Part shown: piece after piece, positions 10,951 through 19,900 of the stretch
Layout of the letters: each line of letters begins with the position of its first letter
Numbering within the stretch: the stretch's first letter is position 1
Source of the DNA: Eledone cirrhosa
Lineage: Eukaryota
Direction of reading: 5' to 3'
Assembly: GCA_964016885.1 (NCBI GenBank)
Contig: OZ024740.1
Coordinates: 31,930,001 to 31,994,000 of the forward strand
Length of the DNA stretch: 64,000 bases
Made by a program: the position numbers and the translations under genes
The notes under the pieces: generated by a model
Database searches by the model: none
What the model was told of the DNA's origin: nothing
What the model saw: the letters and a program-made list of their open reading frames with translations, nothing else

Positions 10951-11098
10951 ATACTCATCTTTTTCCATTTATCTGAGGGTTCTAAACCCCGTTATCAAGC
11001 TAAAATTCCTTTAGTTAAAAATACGGTGAAAGCTATATATTTTCTAATTTCAAACTCGCTCACTGTTTCAAAACATACTTAATTGTTATATATATATA

Positions 11099-11436
11099 AT
11101 CATCATCATCATCATTTCACATCCGCTTTTCCCTGCTTGCAAGGGTGGGACGGGAACTGATTCTGGCTTGATTTCTACAGCTGGATACCCTTCCTAACAC
11201 CAACCTCATTTACAGTGTGGGATGGGTGCTTTTTTGCCATGGCGCCACCATGACCACTTTGCAGTGGAATGATATGGACCCCAGTGTTATCATCTCATTT
11301 CTACAGCTGAGTAAACTGGAGCAATGTGAAATAAAGTGTCTTGCTCAAGGAAACAACACATCACCCAGTCTGAGAATTGAACTCACAACCTTTTGATTGC
11401 AAGCCCAATGCTCTAACCACTAAGCCATGTACCTCC
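11099..11436 (-). mobile_element. Young full-length tRNA-derived SINE, copy 3
   Basis: Collinear with 8666-9010 apart from a few substitutions. (CAT)n tail at 11099-11115. Confidence 0.9.
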
Positions 11437-11459
11437 ATCTGTATATATATATATATATA

Positions 11460-11750
11460 CTTTGTTTTTTAATTTGTTTTGTAAAATTTCTTATCTGAAA
11501 ATGTGTGTTGAAACAGATATCATTATATTGTCACAAAAATGAGATGGTGAAGGACAGAAAAAAGGAGGGACACAAAATAAGAAAATAGTCACTGAGGAGG
11601 TCGCAGAATTTGTGACGAAAGAGCTTTGACAATATATGAACAACCATCCGGTTATTGAATCAACCAACTGGAAATTTATAATAAATTGAAGTGAAAACCA
11701 AGAGGTGCGCGTGTTTTTATTGGCAGCATAGCCCTCCCAAAGTATAACAA
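11460..11750 (+). mobile_element. Penelope-like pLTR / non-autonomous retrozyme-like fragment inserted in (TA)n
   Basis: About 290 bp bounded by (TA)n tracts at 11442-11459 and 11750-11792. Contains a hammerhead core and a downstream AATAAA. Confidence 0.5.
11585..11633 (+). ncRNA. Minimal type I hammerhead ribozyme (variant)
   Basis: gtca-CTGAGGA-g-gtcgcag(aat)ttgtgac-GAAA-gagc-TT-tgac. Stem I gtca/tgac, CUGANGA box, 7-bp stem II, GAAA box, minimal stem III and a CUU triplet. One extra nucleotide follows CUGANGA. Confidence 0.65.
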
Positions 11751-11761
11751 TATATATATAT

Positions 11762-11792
<31 letters not shown>

Positions 11793-11904
11793 CTTTTAAA
11801 TTAACCTTTTTGTTACTATATATCTAGCTACAAAAGGTTTTTCTCTCAAAATAAAGGGCAGATTGTATGATGCATGTATACAAACAGCAATGTTGAATGG
11901 TAGT

Positions 11905-12275
11905 GAAATCTGTGCGACAAAAAGCGCCCAGCCCACATTGTAATGTGGCCATGTAGGTGTCACGGCAAAAAGCACTCAGCCCACACTGTAAAGTGTTGTG
12001 TTGGTGACACAAGAAAAAGCGCCCAGTTCACACTGTAAAGTGGTCCTGTTGGTGTCACAACAAAAAGCACCCAGTACAGCGATAAAAAGTACCTAGTACA
12101 CTGTAAATGTGGTTGGCATTAGGAAGGACATTCGGTTGTAGAAACCAAACCAGAACAATTTCTATATGAGCAAGACAGGGTCATCTGGTCTGGCTTGCCT
12201 CACAATGGGACAACTCATCTAACCCATGTTAGCATGGAAAAATGGATGTTAAATGGTGAATATGATGGTGATGAT
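11905..12275 (+). mobile_element. SINE-like element with internal ~45-bp tandem repeats
   Basis: Repeats of aaaagcacccagcccacactgtaaagtgg...gtgtcac, then gttggcattaggaaggacattcggttgtagaaacc and ccatgttagcatggaaaatggatgttaaatg. Inverted relative of 6408-6770. Confidence 0.65.
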
Positions 12276-12489
12276 ATATGCAGATGACATGACATAAAAC
12301 AACCCAGTTCCCCGATGGTCATTTTGGTGCCACAATAAAAAGCAACCAGTACACACAGGTTGGTATTAGGAAGGGCATCCAGCCATAGAAACCAAACCAC
12401 AATACAAATCTGTATGAACAAGACATGACTTGTCTCATAACATGACAACCTGTCTAAGCCATGTGTGGAAAATGGACATTAAACAGTAA

Positions 12490-12491
<2 letters not shown>

Positions 12492-12544
<53 letters not shown>

Positions 12545-12700
12545 TTAGGATTTAGCTCATGCATAGCTGTATACAGATATGTATTGAAATTTCGTATTTC
12601 TAAAGAAATATAGTATAGATAAACATTTAGAAAGCCGTAGCTATATATATATATGTATATATATATGTATGTATATATATATATGTATATATATATATAC
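12492..12700. repeat. (TA)n microsatellites flanking a ~100-bp unique insert
   Basis: Pure (AT)n at 12492-12539 and interrupted (TA)n at 12642-12700. Confidence 0.85.
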
Positions 12701-13026
12701 ATACGCACGCACATATGAATACACAGTATAACATCATCCATGCTGGCATGGACTGGACGGGTTGTTACAATCCAAGTCAATTCTTATTTGGAGTTTGAGT
12801 TTCTGGCCTCCTAGATGGTCAGAAGACCATGTCTCATTTTTAAATTCCGATTTTTAGCATGGTTTCTATAACTAAGCTCTTTCTAACACTAACCCCTTAA
12901 CATTGTGGACAGTGTGCATTTTATAGTGACACCAACACAAGAGAGGTTGTCATTTTAACAACAAAACCACAGAGCCATCTCTATACTACGTTGCTTCTGT
13001 TTGATTGCCAATCTCTGTGTGTACTG

Positions 13027-13640
13027 AGTGCATTTTATCATAGCACCAAAACTAGACTCATTGCTTTGTCCCCTGCTGAGCTAAAGAGTGCTCTCTACCA
13101 TAGCACCAAAACTAGACTCGTTGCTTTGTCCCCTGCTGAGCTAAAGAGTGCTCTCTACCATAGCACCAAAACTAGACTCGTTGCTTTGTCCCCTGCTGAG
13201 CTAAAGAGTGCTCTCTACCATAGCACCAAAACTAGACTTGTTGCTTTGTCCCCTGCTGAGCTAAAGAGTGCTCTCTACCATAGCACCAAAACTAGACTTA
13301 TTGCTTTGTCCCCTGCTGAGCTAAAGAGTGCTCTCTACCATAGCACCAAAACTAGACTTGTTGCTTTGTCCCCTGCTGAGCTAAAGAGTGCTCTCTACCA
13401 TAGCACCAAAACTAGACTTGTTGCTTTGTCCCCTGCTGAGCTAAAGAGTGCTCTCCACCATAGCACCAAAACTAGACTTGTTGCTTTGTCCCTTGCTGAG
13501 CTAAACAATGCTCTCCCCCATAGCACCAAAACTAGACTTGTTGCTTTGTCCCCTACTGAGCTAAAGAGTGCTCTCTACCATAGCACCTAAACTAGACTCA
13601 TTGCTTTGTCCCCTGCTGAGCTAAAGAGTGCTCTCCACCA
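13027..13640. repeat. 60-bp minisatellite, ~10 copies
   Basis: The unit ctaaagagtgctctctaccatagcaccaaaactagacttgttgctttgtcccctgctgag repeats in exact 60-bp register. Confidence 0.97.
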
Positions 13641-13821
13641 AATGTTGTCTCCATTTTTCAATGCAAATATTTCCAAAAGTGTGATTTGAAAGAGAGATAT
13701 GGCGAAAGGTTTAAATGTGGAAAGAGTTTGGCTATAAGCGTGAAGAGGGAACAGTATGATGGTAGAGAAAGGAGGGGGTAGTAGCTATATGCTGGTTGTT
13801 AGTAGGAACTTGAGCAACCGA

Positions 13822-13897
13822 GATGTATTATAGTAGGATAGAGTTAGTGATGTATCATAGTAGGATAGAGTTAGTGATGTATCATAGTAGGACAGAG
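13822..13897. repeat. 27-bp tandem repeat, ~2.8 copies
   Basis: gatgtatcatagtaggatagagttagt starts at 13822, 13849 and 13876. Confidence 0.9.
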
Positions 13898-13951
13898 AGG
13901 TGTGATGGTGAGAGTAGTGGATGACAGTTAGGTTTCCTGGAAGAGAATATG

Positions 13952-16900
13952 TTAGAGGGTGATAGTATAGAACACGGTTCTAAGTAATGAGAGGGTGATA
14001 GTATAGAACATGGTTCTAAGTAATGAGAGGATGATAGTATAGAACATGGTTCTAAGTAATGAGAGGATGATAGTATAGAACATGGTTCTGTGTAATGAGA
14101 GGGTGATAGTATAGAACGGGGTTCTGTGTAATGAGAGGGTGATAGTATAGAACGGGGTTCTGTGTAATGAGAGGGTGATAGTATAGAACGGGGTTCTGTG
14201 TAATGAAAGGGTGATAGTATAGAATGGGGTTCTGAGTAATGAGAGGGTGATAGTATAGAACATGGTTCTAAGTAATGAGAGGGTGATAGTATAGAACATG
14301 GTTCTGTGTAATGAGAGGATGATAGTATAGAACATGGTTCTGTGTAATGAGAGGGTGATAGTATAGAACATGGTTCTGTGTAATGAGAGGATGATAGTAT
14401 AGAACATGGTTCTGTGTAATGAGAGGATGATAGTATAGAACATGGTTCTGAGTAATGAGAGGATGATAGTATAGAACATGGTTCTGTGTAATGAGAGGGT
14501 GATAGTATAGAACATGGTTCTAAGTAATGAGAGGATGATAGTATAGATCATGGTTCTGAGTAATGAGAGGGTGATAGTATAGAACATGGTTCTGTGTAAT
14601 GAGAGGGTGATAGTATAGAACATGGTTCTGTGTAATGAGAGGATGATAGTATGGAACATGGTTCTGTGTAATGAGAGGGTGATAGTATAGAACATGGTTC
14701 TGAGTAATGAGAGGATGATAGTATAGAACATGGTTCGGTGTAATGAGAGGGTGATAGTATAGAACATGGTTCTAAGTAATGAGAGGATGATAGTATAGAA
14801 CATGGTTCTAAGTAATGAGAGGATGATAGTATAGAACATGGTTCTGAGTAATGAGAGGGTGATAGTATAGAACATGGTTCTGAGTAATGAGAGGGTGATA
14901 GTATAGAACATGGTTCTAAGTAATGAGAGGATGATAGTATAGAACATGGTTCTGTGTAATGAGAGGGTGATAGTATAGAACATGGTTCTGAGTAATGAGA
15001 GGGTGATAGTATAGAACATGGTTCTAAGTAATGAGAGGATGATAGTATAGAACATGGTTCTAAGTAATTAGAGGATGATAGTATAGAACATGGTTCTAAG
15101 TAATGAGAGGGTGATAGTATAGAACATGGTTCTGTGTAATGAGAGGGTGATAGTATAGAACATGGTTCTAAGTAATGAGAGGATGATAGTATAGAACATG
15201 GTTCTAAGTAGTGAGAGGATGATAGTATAGAACATGGTTCTGAGTAATGAGGGGGTGATAGTATAGAACATGGTTCTGTGTAATGAGAGGGTGATAGTAT
15301 AGAACATGGTTCTGTGTAATGAGAGGGTGATAGTATAGAACATGGTTCTAAGTAATGAGAGGATGATAGTATAGAACATGGTTCTAAGTAATGAGAGGAT
15401 GATAGTATAGAACATGGTTGTAAGTAATGAGAGGATGATAGTATAGAATATGGTTCTGAGTAATGAGAGGGAGATAGTATAGAACATGGTTCTGTGTAAT
15501 GAGAGGGTGATAGTATAGAACTTGGTTCTAAGTAATGCGAGGATGATAGTATAGAACATGGTTCTGAGTAATGAGAGGATGATAGTATAGAACATGGTTC
15601 TAAGTAATGAGAGGATGATAGTATAGAACATGGTTCTAAGTAATGAGCGGATGATAGTATAGAACATGGTTCTAAGTAATGAGAGGATGATAGTATAAAA
15701 CATGGTTCTGAGTAATGAGAGGGTGATAGTATAGAACATGGTTCTGTGTAATGAGAGGGTGAGAGTATAGAACATGGTTCTAAGTAATGAGAGGATGATA
15801 GTATAGAACATGGTTCTGAGTAATGAGAGGGTGATAGTATAGAACATGGTTCTAAGTAATGAGAGGATGATAGTATAGAACATGGTTCTGTGTAATGAGA
15901 GGGTGATAGTATAGAACATGGTGCTGAGTAATGAGAGGGTGATAGTATAGAACATGGTTCTGAGTAATGAGAGGATGATAGTATAGAACATGGTTCTAAG
16001 TAATGAGAGGATGATAGTATAGAACATGGTTCTGTGTAATGAGAGGGTGATAGTATAGAACATGGTGCTGAGTAATGAGAGGGTGATAGTATAGAACATG
16101 GTTCTGAGTAATGAGAGGATGATAGTATAAAGTAATGAGAGGATGATAGTATAGAACATGGTTCTAAGTAATGAGAGGATGATAGTATAGAACATGGTTC
16201 TAAGTAATGAGAGGATGATAGTATAGAACATGGTTCTGTGTAATGAGAGGGTGATAGTATAGAACATGGTTCTAAGTAATGAGAGGATGATAGTATAGAA
16301 CATGGTTCTAAGTAATGAGAGGGTGATAGTATAGAACATGGTTCTGTGTAATGAGAGGGTGATAGTATAGAACATGGTTCTGTGTAATGAGAGGGGGTAT
16401 AGTATAGAACATGGTTCTGTGTAATGAGAGGGTGATAGTATAGAACATGGTTCTAAGTAATGAGAGGATGATAGTATAGAACATGGTTCTATGTAATGAG
16501 AGGGTGATAGTATAGAACATGGTTCTGAGTAATGAGAGGGTGATAGTATAGAACATGGTTCTGTGTAATGAGAGGGTGATAGTATAGAACATGGTTCTGT
16601 GTAATGAGAGGGTGATAGTATAGAACATGGTTCTAAGTAATGAGAGGATGATAGTATAGAAAATGGTGCTGAGTAATGAGAGGGTGATAGTATAGAACAT
16701 GGTTCTGAGTAACGAGAGGATGATAGTATAGAACATGGTTCTAAGTAATGAGAGGGTGATAGTATAGAACATGGTTCTAAGTAATGAGAGGGTGATAGTA
16801 TAGAACATGGTTCTGAGTAATGAGAGGATGATAGTATAGAACATGGTTCTGAGTACTGAGAGGGTGATAGTATAGAACATGGTTCTGTGTAATGAGAGGG

Positions 16901-19900
16901 TGATAGTATAGAACATGGTTCTGTGTAATGAGAGGGTGATAGTATAGAACATGGTTCTAAGTAATGAGAGGATGATAGTATAGAACATGGTTCTAAGTAA
17001 TGAGAGGATGATAGTATAGAACATGGTTCTGAGTAATGAGAGGATGATAGTATAGAACATGGTTCTAAGTAATGAGAGGGTGATAGTATAGAACATGGTT
17101 CTGAGTAATGAGAGGGTGATAGTATAGAACATGGTTCTGTGTAATGAGAGGGTGGTAGTATAGAACATGGTTCTAAGTAATGAGAGGATGATAGTATAGA
17201 ACATGGTTCTAAGTAATGAGAGGATGATAGTATAGAACATGGTTCTGAGTAATGAGCGGATGATAGTATAGAACATGGTTCTAAGTAATGAGAGGATGAT
17301 AGTATAGAACATGGTTCTGAGTAATGAGAGGGTGATAGTATAGAACATGGTTCTGTGTAATGAGAGGGTGATAGTATAGAACATGGTTCTAAGTAATGAG
17401 AGGATGATAGTATAGAACATGGTGCTGAGTAATGAGAGGGTGATAGTATAGAACATGGTTCTGAGTAATGAGAGGATGATAGTATAGAACATGGTTCTAA
17501 GTAATGAGAGGATGATAGTATAGAACATGGTTCTGTGTAATGAGAGGGTGATAGTATAGAACATGGTTCTAAGTAATGAGAGGATAATAGTATAGAACAT
17601 GGTTCTGTGTAATGAGAGGGTGATAGTATAGAACATGGTGCTGAGTAATGAGAGGGTGATAGTATAGAACATGGTTCTGAGTAATGAGAGGATGATAGTA
17701 TAGAACATGGTTCTAAGTAATGAGAGGATGATAGTATAGAACATGGTTCTGTGTAATGAGAGGGTGATAGTATAGAACATGGTGCTGAGTAATGAGAGGG
17801 TGATAGTATAGAACATGGTTCTGAGTAATGAGAGGATGATAGTATAGAACATGGTTCTAAGTAATGAGAGGATGATAGTATAGAACATGGTTCTGTGTAA
17901 TGAGAGGGTGATAGTATAGAACATGGTGCTGAGTAATGAGAGGGTGATAGTATAGAACATGGTTCTGAGTAATGAGAGGATGATAGTATAAAGTAATGAG
18001 AGGATGATAGTATAGAACATGGTTCTAAGTAATGAGAGGATGATAGTATAGAACATGGTTCTGAGTAATGAGAGGATGATAGTATAGAACATGGTTCTGT
18101 GTAATGAGAGGGTGATAGTATAGAACATGGTTCTAAGTAATGAGAGGATGATAGTATAGAACATGGTTCTAAGTAATGAGAGGGTGATAGTATAGAACAT
18201 GGTTCTGTGTAATGAGAGGGTGATAGTATAGAACATGGTTCTGTGTAATGAGAGGGGGTATAGTATAGAACATGGTTCTGTGTAATGAGAGGGTGATAGT
18301 ATAGAACATGGTTCTAAGTAATGAGAGGATGATAGTATAGAACATGGTTCTATGTAATGAGAGGGTGATAGTATAGAACATGGTTCTGAGTAATGAGAGG
18401 GTGATAGTATAGAACATGGTTCTGTGTAATGAGAGGGTGATAGTATAGAACATGGTTCTGTGTAATGAGAGGGTGATAGTATAGAACATGGTTCTAAGTA
18501 ATGAGAGGATGATAGTATAGAAAATGGTGCTGAGTAATGAGAGGGTGATAGTATAGAACATGGTTCTGAGTAACGAGAGGATGATAGTATAGAACATGGT
18601 TCTGAGTAATGAGAGGATGATAGTATAGAACATGGTTCTGAGTACTGAGAGGGTGATAGTATAGAACATGGTTCTGTGTAATGAGAGGGTGATAGTATAG
18701 AACATGGTTCTGTGTAATGAGAGGGTGATAGTATAGAACATGGTTCTAAGTAATGAGAGGATGATAGTATAGAACATGGTTCTAAGTAATGAGAGGATGA
18801 TAGTATAGAACATGGTTCTGAGTAATGAGAGGATGATAGTATAGAACATGGTTCTAAGTAATGAGAGGGTGATAGTATAGAACATGGTTCTGAGTAATGA
18901 GAGGGTGATAGTATAGAACATGGTTCTGTGTAATGAGAGGGTGGTAGTATAGAACATGGTTCTAAGTAATGAGAGGATGATAGTATAGAACATGGTTCTA
19001 AGTAATGAGAGGATGATAGTATAGAACATGGTTCTGAGTATTGAGCGGATGATAGTATAGAACATGGTTCTAAGTAATGAGAGGATGATAGTATAGAACA
19101 TGGTTCTGAGTAATGAGAGGGTGATAGTATAGAACATGGTTCTGTGTAATGAGAGGGTGATAGTATAGAACATGGTTCTAAGTAATGAGAGGATGATAGT
19201 ATAGAACATGGTGCTGAGTAATGAGAGGGTGATAGTATAGAACATGGTCCTAAGTAATGAGAGGATGATAGTATAGAACATGGTTCTGAGTAATGAGAGG
19301 GTGATAGTATAGAACATGGTTCTGTGTAATGAGAGGGTGATAGTATAGAACATGGTTCTGTGTAATGAGAGGGTGATAGTATAGAACATGGTTCTAAGTA
19401 ATGAGAGGATGATAGTATAGAACATGGTTCGAAGTAATGAGAGGATGATAGTATAGAACATGGTTCTAAGTAATGAGAGGATGATAGTATAGAACATGGT
19501 TCTGAGTAATGAGAGGGTGATAGTATAGAACATGGTTCAGTGTAATGAGAGGGTGATAGTATAGAACATGGTTCTAAGTAATGCGAGGATGATAGTATAG
19601 AACATGGTTCTGAGTAATGAGAGGATGATAGTATAGAACATGGTTCTAAGTAATGAGAGGATGATAGTATAGAACATGGTTCTAAGTAATGAGCGGATGA
19701 TAGTATAGAACATGGTTCTAAGTAATGAGACGATGATAGTATAGAACATGGTTCTGAGTAATGAGAGGGTGATAGTATAGAACATGGTTCTGTGTAATGA
19801 GAGGGTGATAGTATGGAACATGGTTCTGTGTAATGAGAGGGTGATAGTATAAAACATGGTTCTGTGTAATGAGAGGGTGATAGTATAGAACATGGTTCTG

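Larger units (their letters stand above)
10505..11094. mobile_element. TSD-flanked insertion of a 259-bp tRNA-containing unit: ~1.25 direct copies plus an inverted permuted copy
   Basis: The 13-bp direct repeat attgttatatata occurs at 10505-10517 and 11082-11094. The unit starts at 10517 and restarts at 10776. 10843-11050 is the reverse complement of 10517-10724, and 11051-11081 is the reverse complement of 10745-10775. Confidence 0.8.

Noticed and set aside
105-12780. Remaining short ORFs (60-133 aa) in the first 13 kb
   Set aside because: They overlap SINE/LINE relics or microsatellites and show no recognisable protein features. Only those overlapping RNFT exons or LINE fragments were used.
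12991-13590. 199-aa ORF of 20-aa repeats (STKTRLVALSPAELKSALYH)
   Set aside because: It is the translation of the 60-bp minisatellite, lacks an ATG start, is antisense to the host gene and is derived from a dispersed repeat.
13960-14000. Steroid hormone or heat-shock response elements, or telomeric repeat, in the monomer
   Set aside because: The spacing does not fit AGAACAnnnTGTTCT or nGAAnnTTCn, and there are no TTAGGG runs.
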